NCBI GenBank assembly: GCA_028023455.1
Contig: JAQFVV010000006.1
Span: 20,088,001-20,152,000 of the forward strand
Length of the DNA stretch: 64,000 nt
Reading direction: 5' to 3'
DNA from: Epiperipatus broadwayi
Taxonomy: Eukaryota; Animalia; Onychophora
In this document: piece by piece, positions 41,500-56,200 of the stretch
Numbering within the stretch: position 1 is the first letter of the stretch
Layout: each line of letters opens with the position of its first letter
The notes under the pieces: model-generated
What the model was told of the DNA's origin: nothing
Seen by the model: only the letters and a program-made list of their open reading frames with translations
Database searches by the model: none
Made by a program: the position numbers and the translations under genes

Positions 41500-41760
41500 T
41501 TCACATGGAGGGGGATGCATGAGATTGGTCATAGTATAAGGCTTGGCAACCAGTTGGATTTTGTATAGTGTTAGAACTATGATCAGAATCTGGTCTATCT
41601 TTGGAGTTATTAATCAAGCTATTGGCTGAAGGGGGGGGGGTACAAAAGCTTAGCTGAAATGATAGAGAAAAGGTTTTAATAAAATTTTTAGTTAGCAAAG
41701 AAATGGAAGAAGTCAGGGTCTATCATCTTTGGGTGGATTGAAATTTAGTTTATGGTTAAA
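41500..41760 (-). mobile_element. Possible DIRS-type (tyrosine-recombinase retrotransposon) methylase-like domain remnant
   Basis: Minus frames KTFSLSFQLSFCTPPP..ILIIV..NWLPSL loosely match the DAFxxxW...YAFPPF...ILIAP.W..QPW pattern. Heavily decayed. Confidence 0.25.
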
Positions 41761-42889
41761 TTGTTTTACCCTTCTTGTGAGGTGGCTGTATTTAAATCCT
41801 ATACTGGTAAAATCTTTTAAGTATTGTTTGGTGTTATCTTTATGAGAGGTGTCATATTTGCATATATAATGATTTTCAGAGAGAAATGAAGACAGACCTG
41901 AAAATTTATGAGAAAGCAGTGAGATTGATTTGAGATGTGTAAAGCCTTGACTCAAGAGGCTTAATGCACTTAGTGCTATTTTAATGAAATATATCTCTTT
42001 GTAAAAGGCTATCTAAATATTTCGGTTCTTTGTATAAATCTTCTCAGACAATAGTCAATGGTAAAACGGAATGTACCTGAAGGTCAGATGTAATGTTGTT
42101 GATAACTGATTCGGGTGTGGCAATTTAAAATTTATCATTTGAAGTATCAACTATACTGCATGTGAACTTATTCCACCTGATATTTATATACCTCTTTATT
42201 GTATATATTAGGTTTAAGTTGCTATGTATGTAGTTATTAATTTACTAATCTTTCTTTAAATTTCAATTTATAGACTTATTATCAAAAACCTTTTAGTTTG
42301 CATCATGCCATTAATGATTGCCATGGGTAATCAATTTATATTATCAGTACAAAAAGGTAATTATTTTCACTAAGATGTGTGTGCATATATATAAATTTGA
42401 TTCAGAGGGGATCAATTTATTCACACCTCTTCAAATTAATCATTTATCTAAATATTGAAAAGATGGGGAACACTGAGGTTTAAGTTATAATTAAGAAATT
42501 AATGAGCATAAAAAGAAAAGACCTTAAATAATATGGATGAATGATGTTAAATAATAATAATGGAGTTAATCTTTATGTTCTAATTTGGTTAGATCTCAAA
42601 AATCTATATCAGTTTTATTACTCTTATTATTGTCTTAAATTTAATAATGAGCTCTTTCTTATTTTTAATAGTCTTTCCAATAGTCGCAATGTATTAAAAT
42701 TTATAATAAAATTTAAAGCATACAGATTCCATTTCAAGGGGATAATCCTCCCCCCCCCCAAACCCAGAATTTTGTAATAAAAAGTTTTGTATTTATTTTT
42801 AAAAATTACAAATTGAATCTCATTCAAAGTTAATATCCATTTGATACAATACATTAGTCTGAAATGTGTCTTTCACTTTTCAAAGCAGT

Positions 42890-43330
42890 TCTGAAGTATG
42901 ACGAAATGATGTATTTAAATAGCTTTTTTCCTATATGTCTTCCAAATCCACAAACTGTTTTATTGAGGCATTTTTTTCATTCAGAGGAGTAAAAAGAATG
43001 CTGCTTTTGCTTCAAAATTGTTCGCCACTCAAGACTTTGTGTACTGTGGTGAAGTTACCACTTCCTGCTTTGCCACAAATCAGGAAATTTATGTTTTATT
43101 GCATTAAGCAAATGTTTTAGAACTTGATGAACAAACTCTGAGTGAACATAAAAAAATCAGCAGCATTTTGACATTGGACCTCACTCGCTATACTTTTTTG
43201 GGGAGATTGTAAATTTGTCAATTACTTACACTACATTGTAACAAGTGTTTTCCTCAGAATGCCTTGCTTGAAAGCTGTTTCAAGCATTACAATGGTTTTT
43301 CCTGCCTTTTTCTCTAATAGAAAACAGAAT
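42890..43330 (-). mobile_element. Mariner transposase catalytic-domain remnant
   Basis: Minus frames SNVKMLLIFF..VHSEFV and LLNAIKHKFPDLWQSRKW*LHH match mariner K.ML..FFD...VH.EFV and RKRP.LW...W.LHHDNAP segments. Confidence 0.7.
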
Positions 43331-45325
43331 TTCATATTGTTCTAAATTTTCAGCAATCACACACACACCCACCCACACACAAACCAATGAATGAAGAAAA
43401 TACATTTAACAAAAAAAGTTATTTCATGGCATATACTACAATGGATCTGCCTATCAGAGAATGATTCTAATTTTTTTGGGTATGCATTCTATCAAATAAA
43501 CTCTCACTGAGTCTGCATCCTTGGACAAATTGTTTTAGAGATATATCTTCCCATTTTTCTTATATTCTGATAAGTGTTTCATCAGATCTTGTTCACATTT
43601 AAGCCAGTGGAATATTAGTAAGTCAGAAAAATATCCAACCCCTGTCTTATTATTCTATCTAATAGTTAATTTATCAATAGTAAATACTCTTAAAATAATT
43701 AAATGGTTGTCAATAGAGAGGTTATTTGGCATTTTAAAATCTGTAGTAACAATTCTCTTTATAAATAATTAATTGCATACTGTGAATCTTAGATAGATCC
43801 TATAATCTAATACTATAGTTTAAACACCTTGTCTATCTTTATATATATAATTCATTATTCAAAATCATTTCTTTGCCAATTAATTTACTATTCACCTTAT
43901 TTTATTCAGACAGAACTTTTATTACCAGACATGTTATAGAATTACAATAATTTCTTAAACCAACTTAATACTGGGGTTTCTAATTATAACATCATTGCCC
44001 AAATTAAAAAGAAAAAAAAAGTATACTGTATGTTACATTACCTATGGCTTCTGTGTCTCATTATAACAACTCTGCAAATCACAATTATTTTTAATTTTGG
44101 ATTTCCTTTGTGGTACAGGAAGCATTAAGATTTAAATTAGCTTTGCTCTTATATACCCTATAATGATTCAGGTGAGGAGTGGGTCTTCTGGATGTAAGCT
44201 CACATCTTCAGGATGGGCCAATTATATTGCATTTAGGACACAAACTTTAAAATAAAATGTAATCAAATTTCTCTTTCCTGCCGATGCTTTGACACATGGA
44301 AAAAAAAATTACCTTCATGATTACCTTTAATGATTTTGAAAAAGATCAAAGCTATTGGAGACATATTTGGCAATAACCAGCAGAGATTCAAGGAGATAAA
44401 GATTCATGGATTAATTTCCAGCTGAATAAAGTAAAAGTCTCAATTTGATCAAATGAGTGAAACTTGTGCTCAGCCTCACTTTCATTCTCAAATGTTATAT
44501 GAATTTCAGAACAAATTAAAAATCAAGATTATTTCAGATTTAAGTGTTGACTAAAATAGATTTGTGACAATATCTGAAAATTTTACAAGTTGTGGTTTCA
44601 TTTAGATAGAATAGAATTCTTTGTTCAATTGAGTGGAAATGTTGTTAATTCTAATTATTCCATCATCGGCAATAAGAATTATGCCAAACGTTTTTGCCTT
44701 AATGATGTAAGAATTTATTAAAGTGTCTATTGGCTTTAAAATTGAAATGCTGGAATAAATTATATCAGTCACGTGATAAGTAACAGCAAAATGCCGCTAA
44801 CAACGATCAAGTATTATTAATAAGTTGTATTACCTCTGCAAAGAAGACACTGAAATCACAGCCAGTGTGAGCAAATGAACCCGTTGTTTCAGATAAGTAT
44901 TTACAAATTCAATTAAATAAAGCGGATGGACATCTTTTCAAAGATTCTATATTTTTATTTATACCACTAAACTGGCTGAATAGAAAAAAGGATTTTTTAA
45001 AAAGTAAAACTGCATTTAAATAGAAAAAGAGAAAATTAAAAAAACAAAAAAGAAGTAAATAAGAAAGAAAAAAAAGACAAAAAAAGAGAGTGAGAGAGAA
45101 AAGAAACTGTAAATCTTTTTTACATGATTATACATAATAGTTATCTTATGCTTTTTCAAGAAATTCAATATTTTCATTATTTCGAACAATTTTCTATTTA
45201 AATTATTTCTATATTTATAATAAATTAAATTAATATTTTTATTGTTTTTTAAAAAAATATATAAAGTTAAACTAAATATTGCGCAGTTTAGAAATTGACA
45301 GGATAATCTAACTATATATTTTTCC

Positions 45326-45906
<581 letters not shown>

Positions 45907-46769
45907 AGGATGATAGTTTTTAATAGCCAATTTGCAAAGAAAAACTTTTTAACAGTCTTACTTTCATCCTCTTCCCATAGACAGATAAAAGTGAAAAAAA
46001 AAAAAGCCATTTGATCTGTTTTAATCTGATGATGAGCAAAATAGAATTCACTACTTACTTATTTTTATTTTAAATAAAATCTTTATTAACAAAAAAAAAC
46101 AAAAAATTATATATACATTTTTACAATAATTATTTACATATAAATTTTTAATTACAGATCTTTATAAATATTTATTTACATCTTTAAATCATATTTTTTT
46201 TAAAATTTTTATATTATTTCTATAATTCTCATGGAGCCAGACCAGTACTTGACCAAATTTCTTCCATTACTTTTTGGGGTTGTATCTGATGCAGTTATTA
46301 AAATATTTATTCCAATTATTATCAAGTTTTTTTAACCAGTTATATTTTTTATTATCGAAAATCACTTCACCACCTTACTGTCCATATTTTAGGGCATGGA
46401 GCAAAACTGTTGCATTATGGAGATTAATTTTTTTTAATATTGCTTGTTATCTCTCTTTTTAAATTTATGTATGAAATACTTCTAATCTTAAGAATTTCAA
46501 TGCTACACAGACATCAAATAATTGAAAGAAAGTTTCCGCTTTCATCTTACAAAAAGTACATGAAGGCTCAAAATTCATTTTTGGCTGACCATTAAATAAA
46601 CTTTTGTTGGTAGGAAACCATTTAAAAATTTGAAGCAGAATATGATATATGATTGTGGACAGAGGCAGAGAGAACAGGATTAGGCTGTGCTAGGTATCAA
46701 AAGTAGGCCCCCTATGTAAGGTTCTGATGTGATACTTAATAAGAAAAATTATTGTTAGCAAATTCTTCA

Positions 46770-48760
46770 ATTACAGTTGAAAAGTCAAGTAATTTTGATA
46801 TATCACTGTTCATATCCAATATAGCCAATCGTTTAGTCATTCTTGTCTCATTGTGGATCGTAAATAGAATTTAATTAATTTTAGGACACTAAAACTTCTT
46901 TCATTAGATACCACCATTTCTGGAAGTATCAAGAAAATTCTCAATGCAATAAGGACATTCGAAAAAATATTAGATAACTTCAAACTCAAAATTTAACCGT
47001 ACCGTAAATTTTTTTCGGTGATATATCAACTTAAAAATTTGTGTCAAACACTCTCTTAAGAAGAACTATTTAATCAAGGAGCTCAACATATTGGCTCACA
47101 AATCTGTTAACGTTTTGAAATAATTTGTCTTCACTCAATTTTTTAAAGTCTCATAAGAAGTCAAAATGGTTGCATATTTCTTAACTGCAGAAAGGTGATA
47201 CCCAAGTCCATTAAGTACATTGTTGTTGAGTTGATGTGTAGAACCATGATGCAAATTAAAGTTAATTGATATTTTACTTGACACTGTTTGAGTTTCTTGA
47301 ACTTCTTGAAATATTTCATCCCGCTTGTCTCTAAGCCTTAGAAGATCTTGTAATTGATTGATATTATCACTTTCTGCATCCAATGTTGCATCACAGCATT
47401 CCAACAGTAGATTTAATTAGCACATTAATCTAAATTGAACATATTAAAATACCTTCAAAACTGTTCAGGTACTTTTCAATATCACCAAAGTCAGCTATAC
47501 ATTCTACTGTTAAGTTTGTAAGCTTGCTCACCTCTTTTACAATATTTCTAATACTTCCCAAATGTTGAACAATAGGTCAAACATAAACTATCCTGACTGA
47601 CCAACTCATTTTGGACATTTTATGGAGGGATACAAGAACATGTTTTTTCAGTATTTCTCACCTATGTGAACTTGAGCTGAAGGTATTATACATTGTTTGA
47701 ATCATTCCAAAAGATGTAATCACTTCTTTACATGCCTCAGCACTATCAACGCAGACTAAATTTAACTATGGTTTGTACAGCTTGAAAATAAGCAATTCAT
47801 ATTTCTTTCTTTCAATTTAGCTTGAATATCATTGTACATGCCAGATATATTGGCACCATTGCTATACAATGAACCTACACAATCATCAAAGTTAACGTCA
47901 AAACTATCAGGGACTTCAAAATTTTTTTTAGCTATTTCTTCACCAGTCTTTTTAAGGAAATCACAAAACATAATAAAAGTGTTCTTCAATAGAAAAGCTG
48001 GTATTAGTAACTTTAACATATCTCAAGGTAATTGACAGTTTCTCTTAAGGAGCATAGTCACATGTTCCATCCACAAAAGTAGCAAAATATTTTGCTGCTT
48101 TAATTTCTGTAAAAAAAATTTCTGAGCAAAAGAGCTACAGATTTCAATAAATTCATTTTAAATATGATGAGAAAAATAATGCACCTGAAGATGGAACTTG
48201 CAACATGGTCACTCAGTTTCTGGCTATACTTGCTCAAAAGCTCAACTAGGTCCAAAATGTTACCATTAGTACTCTTTCCTATTTGTTTAAAAGATCCACA
48301 TAATGCAAGTCCTGTTTCAACCCAAAAAAATAATCTAAAATTTGATGAAGGATCATCTTCCATTTTTCATGTTCTGCCTTAAGCTGATTAACAACAAAAT
48401 TATTGATCACAGAATTACATATAACTGCTTTCATTGCTTCCTTCCAAGTGTTAGAATTTCCTTTATGTATAATGGAATTTTCATTATTTGGTACAATGTC
48501 TTTCAAGTTTCACCATCCTATTGTTATATCTCAACCTGGATAATCATCTAATAAAGAAACTTTTCTTTTGTTGAACAAAAACAAAAAGAATAATACAAAA
48601 AATATTTTCTTTACTCCAACACAGCCAATCTCTTTTATATTTCCCCCCATTTTTAAGTGGTCACTGTCAAAAGCATAACTGGAAATGAATGACTGTCTTT
48701 ATCATTACGAACATTGGTTGGTACTTTAAAAGCTGAAATTTTCAGAAAACTTTCAGTGTG
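46770..48760 (-). mobile_element. hAT-superfamily transposase pseudogene (ZMYM1-like type)
   Basis: Fragments in order: KRDWLCWSKE (TTF-type zinc-finger region); QLKAEHEKWKMILHQILD; NGNILDLVELLSKY; FCDFLKKTGEEIA..DDCVGSLYSNGANISG..SCTNHS; and C-terminal dimerisation domain IALRIFLILPEMVVSNERSFSVLKLIKFYLRSTMRQE. Many stops and frameshifts; TIRs not confidently found. Confidence 0.92.
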
Positions 48761-49147
48761 AAACTTATTTCTCTTATAGTCAATCCAATGAGGTTGTGAT
48801 AATAAATAATTTTCAGACTCCATTTTATTATTATTTTTTCCCTGTAGAAGTCTGTTCTAATTCAATTGCTTGATTTATTTGTCATTGACTTGAGTACAAA
48901 TAGTTGATTGTCTTAAGTAATCTAATCATTCCAAGCTTTGTGTGTTTTTTGGTTCATACTCAGAAATCTTGTAATCAGTTTTAACCTTTTGTCTGCTTTT
49001 TCCTGTAATTTGGCTCATTTTCTTTTTGCTGCACCACATTCAAATATTTTCATTGTCATCCAAACTAATCAGAAAAAGAATTGGTACAAAATTATGCAGA
49101 TAGAATATTTTAACTTCTAAATTAAAAAATTGCATTACCTGATTCTT

Positions 49148-49342
<195 letters not shown>

Positions 49343-51142
49343 TAATTGCCTTTAGTAAATTATAATTATTAAAAGTAAGATCACTTTTAGATAACATTAT
49401 GATAACTTTACCAACAATTGTAATAAATATTTAAAATATACGACAAACATTACAGTTACATGCAAGGCTGATACAACATAGAGGCATTCATCAACAAATT
49501 GCTCAGGTAATTTAAATATGACAGTTTTGGTTTATAGAAGTAAAACCATCATATTTAAATTTAAAGAACAAAATGACAGAATTCTCCTCTTGCATAAAAA
49601 AGTTAGTACAATAAGTTGAATAATTTTTTTATTTATACATGTTAGAAATAGATTTTTAAAATTTTGCCCAACAAAAGTAGGCCCCTTGAACAGTGTATGC
49701 TCTAGACAAATGGCCATGTTGGCACTCCCTCTCTTTTGGACTGATTGTGGAGTATATATTTTGTGAAGATTCTTGACAACCTTAATCACTGACACTTCAC
49801 TACCTATTTATAGACCAACATCGGAAGTTTGACTGAGTTGGTATGGGCTGACTATCTAAAAAAAAAAAAAATCATAATTGTATAGAATCTGTAAAAAATA
49901 TGGGAGTTTTGTCTTCTTTGGTACACAACCCTAGAGCATGGTCTTGTCAAGTGTGCACGATAACACTACTAGACTTTGCAACAAACGTATGCACAAGCAT
50001 ACCAATGAATCCATTACACGACTATTTGCCAAATATCAAAATATTTATTCTAAAGTGCATATTTAAAAAAAAAAATGAAAAAACTGTATAATATACGAAG
50101 CAAATTTACACTAATTTTTAGTTTTAAAGAATTCTGAAAACATTTTTTATATTTGTAAATATATTAAAGAAAATTGATAAAAATGGAAAGAATTATTTCC
50201 TCTGGGGAAAAAAAAATTAAATAAACAACAAACTCTAATCAGCATGGAATTAATACAGAGTCAAAGTGAAGAGTAAAAGGAGCGGAAGATGAAACAAATA
50301 ATCGAATTTTTTTTCTATTTTTTATGCAGATATAAATTTCCGCGTCGTATTAATACAAATATAAAAAATGTTTAGTATTTAAAAAAATAAAAACGTGAAT
50401 AAAATAAAGAAATACATATGCATAATGATGTAACATGGAACAAATTTATTCTAATTTAAAATTACAAGACAATTAAACTATCAAAATGTTATAAAATTAA
50501 AATTAATTAACAGACAATGTGTAAGAGTTATATTTTATAGCAATTATTATACCTCCTGATGTGGCCCTATCTTGCGTTGAGATCAGGCCAAGTAATTCCT
50601 GACCACTTTTTTAAAGTCATTGCCTAGGCATAGAAATTTTATATCAAGTGGATTAAATCAATCCGACCATCCATTTATTTTTTTTTAAAAAAGAAGATAA
50701 AACACTATTAAATAACTCGTTCTAAAACAAAGATATACCCAGCAGCTGTTCATAAAAAAAAACAGAAAAGGAAAAAACTTTACCCACCAGGCTTAACAAT
50801 TACTAAATGACTTACCCTTTAGCTATAAATAATTAGAAACTCAGATATTAACTAATATTAAATGATTATCTCGCTTGACTGTAGGATATTTTATTCGAAA
50901 GGAAAATGCTAAGCCTTGTTAGAATTTCAATTTTTTTTCAAAATTTATAAGCCCAGATTCACGTTCAAATCATATGGCATTGCATCACAAAGAATTTAAC
51001 TATTCAATATTGTCCAGCAAATAACTATTTAGCTATTATTAACTAGAGAGTATAGGATTTGATTTAGTGCAGATTTATCAAGTAAGATGACAAGGACCGG
51101 TTGTAAAAATTAAGAAAAATACAGTGCTTTCATTATTTGATG

Positions 51143-51208
51143 GGCGTTGACCGGGAAGCGAACCCGGGCCTTGGAAGGCAGCTACACTAACCACCAAGCC
51201 ACCAACGC
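51143..51208 (-). pseudogene. tRNA-Gly(TCC) pseudogene / SINE head
   Basis: Minus reads GCGTTGGTGGCTTGGTGGTTAGTGTAGCTGCCTTCCAAG-GCCCGGGTTCGCTTCCCGGTCAACGC. Acceptor stem and TCC anticodon are recognisable, but the 3' anticodon stem/variable loop is deleted. Confidence 0.85.
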
Positions 51209-51304
51209 TTGACCATTCACTTCAAAAATTTTGAGTCCACGATTTATCTTCTATTCTTAAATTTAAAAAAAGAAAACGCACTCGCCTACACTTTAAGCTA
51301 GAAT

Positions 51305-51665
51305 TTGTATTTAAAACTGAGCGTTCCATCATCAGATTTTCAAGGAAATGGACAGGTGAAGAGTTGTAAGATGGAGTAGTTTGAAGCCTATCCATTAAAG
51401 TATGAAGATTGGCTATCTTAATATAAGCTGAGCTTTGATTGTATATATATATATATATGAGATGATAATGTGGGTTAATTGACGTGTGCTGGTTTAGCAC
51501 GAAATACTGATATTGGCGATTATTTATCTTTTCAACATGTATCAAATGTATCAGCGGTATGAGATAGCATGATGGTTGAGGATCGTGTGAAAATCTGAGT
51601 TCAATCCCCCTATATATTACATATATAAGTGCAGGTATGAAAAAGCCTGTTCTGTAGAAAAAAAA
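51305..51665 (+). mobile_element. HHR-palindrome family, copy E (single arm with centre-proximal part)
   Basis: CCATCATCAGATTT..GAAGAGTTG..CCATTAAA..GATGATAATG..GTGCTGGTTTAGCACGAAATACTGATATTGGCGATTAT..TCTGAGTTCAATCCCCCTATATATTACATAT..GTGCAGGTATGAAAAAGCCTG matches 8195-8420 and 60500-60790. Confidence 0.85.
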
Positions 51666-53084
51666 ATCATATTTTAAATACGATTGTATTTTTGAATGAT
51701 TGTTTGAATTTCAACCTGAATAATTCTGTGCTAATTGTTTATTTTCACTTGTTAATTTAGTTCACACTCAGTTCGTCTTTTTAATTAATTAGAAATAATT
51801 GTGTTGTCAATTTGATTATTTAAAACCAATCTATTCCTTGGTGATCTAAATTTGATTAAACTTGGAAACTAATTTACTTTGTTTTTCATTTTCCTTACCA
51901 TATTACTAATGTTTACTAAGATTTTTAATCCACTTTCTTCAAGGTAGTTTACAAGGAAAGGTTATATATATTTTTTTAAACTTTATTTGTACTAACAAAA
52001 AGATTTAGAAATTATAATTCTATTGGTTACAGTAAAATCAACTACTGTTATATAATATTTAAATATATGTCGAAATATGTATATATGTATGTGTATATAT
52101 ATATTGCTTGATACAGATATTACCATTCTCAGGAGTAGTGCAACAGATATAATTTAGGTTACATGTGCCAATAATAAAATTGTGTAGATAATCATTTAAT
52201 TGCTTTCAGAGATACAAAAGTAACAGAATTCAAGGAAGTAATCTGGTAGGATGAACTTAAAGTTAAACAAGAAAATATAGCTCAGATATTAATGTTGTGA
52301 CATTACATATTAAAGCTTTTGGAGATCCTATGGCCAATTGAATTAGTAGTTCAATAAGCCATGAACAAAAATCTACAACCTGCTATTTAGTGCCTGCATT
52401 AAATTAAAATCCCATACATTAGCCTGCATGAATAGCTGAAATGAATATAGAAAAGACAGACAAAACCTTCTTCCCAAAAAACATTTAATTTTTCAAAGAT
52501 CTTAATTCCTGGTTTTTATCTAATAAAATTGAGTCTCACTGCTTCCCTTTATATTTTTTATTATTATAATTGTTGATGCATTTATACTATTTAAATGTAA
52601 ATGAACAATTGCAGCATATACTTATTGTTTGTAAAGTCACATAATATTCAAACTCTGACATCACAGATCAGTCTTTAAACAGAAATCTTTAGCTTGGCAG
52701 TTCACCCATGTGCAATTTGTATATCTTTTCAACAATATTGGTGGTTTTCAAAGAGGAAACATTTTTTTTTTCAGATTTTTTGTTATTCTTACATTATTTA
52801 TTAAATAGCTTATTGAAAAGTTCCAAACTCTTCAATTGAGTTATCACCCAATAATGGTATCACTCATATTCATGTGACTACTTTTTATTAATTCTTTGCA
52901 CTGAGAAGCACTATTCAACAGCTGAAATGATGGAATTCTATTTCAAAGTCACTAATAAGTTTCATTAAAATAGAATCAAAGAATTTATTCAAATTTCTTT
53001 TATAATTTTTTACATCTTGAGAAATATTTTGATCAATTTTATTAAAGGATATTTTTTCACACACATTAGCATTACAGTTACATA

Positions 53085-53259
53085 ATTTGAACTTAGAATT
53101 TTTCAGTCTATATTTATCCTTTACTCCAACTGATGGGTGCTGGTTCTGCATGACATGCATATTGGGATCATCTATTTTTTGCATGTATGTGATCATGTGT
53201 GTTGTTTGTTTGGGATGGAGTGGAAGATAAATATAGACTGAAAAATCCTAAGTTCAAAT
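53085..53259. mobile_element. HHR-palindrome family, copy F (miniature, 34-bp inverted ends)
   Basis: ATTTGAACTTAGAATTTTTCAGTCTATATTTATC matches the reverse complement of 53226-53259 at 33/34. Internal CCAACTGATGGGTGCTGGTTCTGCATGACATGCATATTGGGATC is a decayed HHR. Confidence 0.8.
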
Positions 53260-56200
53260 CCCTTTATTTATTTAGATAAGAAACATTTAGCACACTGAAT
53301 TATTAAGCTAATTATATCATTCATAATTATATTTCATCTTTTATCAGTAACATATTCTTCAAATGACATGCATTCAGTTTCTTTAATATCTTAACTTTAA
53401 TTGAGTTCTTGCAGATATTAAATGCATTTATACAAATTTGGTAGATTTGTAAGTAACATTTCCAATACTAAATTTAAGATTTCATTTTATTCTTTTTCAC
53501 TTTATTCTCTTAAATAATAAAATCTAATTGATATTTCTGAATTTGATGTTGAATTGATAATAGAAATGCCCAAAAATTAGCCATTGAAGATGTTACTAAA
53601 TTGATTTTTCACTATGCTATGGACTTTTCAAAATGGTGCTATTTTAGAAATTCACACAAATTTGGGCTTAAACAATTAGTGCTTAAGCATTAGCAATAAT
53701 GGACATTCTTATTAATGATTTATAGTTGGAATGGATTGAGATATTTTTAGATAGTGACAAATTCTTTGATGTGCTATAGAGTTTTACAGATGATGAAGGT
53801 GTAACCATGCTAGATAGTCACCCAATATTAGATGGCAAATTGATACTTCACTATTAATATTTACAGATAAATTTAGTGTTATGGATTTGAAAAAGATGCT
53901 GTTTTTCCAACAAATTCATGGACTCACCATCCATAGTTTTAGAAATTTAAAAAACAACAACAATAAAATTATAGATTTGAATGTATACATTTTGTATGCA
54001 TGCAATAGCATGTGGTATCACCAGTTATCTTTCAGTCAATGAACAGCACTGTACATTTACTTATGGTCAGTTTCTAAAATCGTCATGGCACTTTTAGCTA
54101 GTGATCAGCATTATCTTTCAATTTGGGATAAACCTCATAAATCTAAGTCAATTAGATTTTCACCTCACAATCTCAATATGTGCTGACCCAGGGTGCCATA
54201 CAGGCAGAAGTACTATTTTATACTCAGTGAATTACTGTTATATATTATTAAATATTTTTTTAAAAAAGCTAGCTTCAAATCATAATCTTAATAATGATAG
54301 TAATTATTTGTGATAAAATAAAACAATTGATTTATTAGTGGAAAATAGTCATATGTTAAGTGAATTCATTTTCGAATCCTTACCTAGATATGAATATATA
54401 AATATATGAATATGTTCTATATCTTTTTCAGTTTATTAGTATACTATTTTTTAATAATTTCATTATTTTATCTTTATATTAATTTTAATTGATGTCTTAA
54501 TTAAATAAAATTTGAATTACATAGTATCATTGACTATTTGTAATAACTTTACATACATATGTTAGTATGTTTGGCAAAGTGTGTTATTTTCCTTTTGATA
54601 GTTTTTGTATGAATGTTTATGAAAAATATTTTTATAGAGTTGAACGTTATGTCTGGATTCAAGTACAGTATTCATATGAAACAAATGGCCATGTGTATAG
54701 GATAAAAGGAATAATTTTCTTTAAAAACCCCGAAACCTGTTAAAAAAATAATTTGTACACAAATAATTCCTAAGTTATTATAAAAAACAACAATACATGA
54801 TTGCTTTTGCTTACTTTCAATGTCTGAATTAGGAATCGTAATTCACTCTTTTTCTACTCTAGAGCCATCTGTTGCAAGCTTGATTAATCATAGACACCAG
54901 TCAGAAGTATTGTAACCAAACATATAGATTAGTTTCTGAATATTGGCTTTTTTAGTGAGAAAAATCTCCAATAGATGGCCCTAGAGTAAAGCAATAGAGT
55001 GAATTTCTGTTTCTAATAAAAACCCATATGTAGTAATATTATTTTACATAAACAGGATTTTATTTAACAAATGCTCACTGTTAGTTAAACATTATAGATG
55101 TTCAGTTAGTCCACTCATTTCATTACTATTCTCAACCACATGATTTATTAGCCTGTTTTTATTTATATTACTCTTTCTTCTCTCATAGACCTTCTGCAAG
55201 TTTAATTTACTCAGTGGTTAGATAGAAATATCAATAGCTGATGGAAATAATCAAATATATAAATACAATTAAAACACCATCATCACAAACCTTCAGGAAA
55301 ACACTAAGTATTCAGTATGGACTCATACTATATCAAACTTTAGACATTATAAAAAATTATGTCTAAACCTGTCCAAAGTAGAAAATCAGTTAACTTTTTT
55401 TTATGTAAATGTACATCTGAAGGGATTAATTCCTAAAGGTTTGTGATTAAATCCTCCAACTTGTTGCTAGAGAGCTGAGAAAATTACTCAGCAAGTGAAG
55501 CTCTGTTAAGAGAAAGAATAAATGCTCAAAGGTTTTCTAAGTATCAAATCGTGCATTCCATTAATAATGTAGAATGTTTTCTAAAAAATAAACATACTGA
55601 TGAAGACTACATGAGGGTTTCTCAAGCAGTAAGAAAATCATATTCTACATTACATGAAAAAATAAAAGATTGCCAAAAGAAGAAACTTGCTAACCTACTT
55701 GGGCATATTAAAAATCATAATGTATCAAGCAATGTACCATTCATCTGTTAAAAAGTTCAGTTGTAAACATCTAACAGATACTGAAATTTCTGTTCTTGAA
55801 AGAGGATTAAACTTTCCCTTTATTAGATATAATGGCAGCCACTGAGGAAGTCACTCAAAAATTGCCTTTAGAAGAAGCAGCAGAATTATACTGGAGAATA
55901 AAAAGAACACTTGACAAGCAACAAAAATTGAAGTCAAACTTATCCTATAATAAAAGGAAAGCAATTAAATCTCTCAAAGTAAATAAATCTATAATTATTC
56001 TTTCTGTTGATAAAGGAAATGCAACAGTTATAATGGATACAACTGATGGTTACAACAAAATAAAAGAACTCCTTGCAGCAGGTCAATAAAGAAAAGTGGA
56101 AAAAAATCCAATACTGAGTATAAAAACAAAGTTATAAGCATTATTCAGTATCACAGGTATTTCCATGATTCAGAAAAAGTAGTATAACATCATATTTCAA

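Noticed and set aside
44320-44440. YWRHIWQ*PAEIQGDKDSWIN as an R4/Dong-like RT fragment
   Set aside because: Single short motif with no supporting downstream RT motifs.
49900-50091. ORF with WSCQVCT as a RanBP2-type zinc finger
   Set aside because: It lacks the conserved Asn and the fourth Cys.
50555-50605. CTGATGT-GGCC...GGCC-AAGT hairpin as a hammerhead
   Set aside because: Both conserved core segments are altered.
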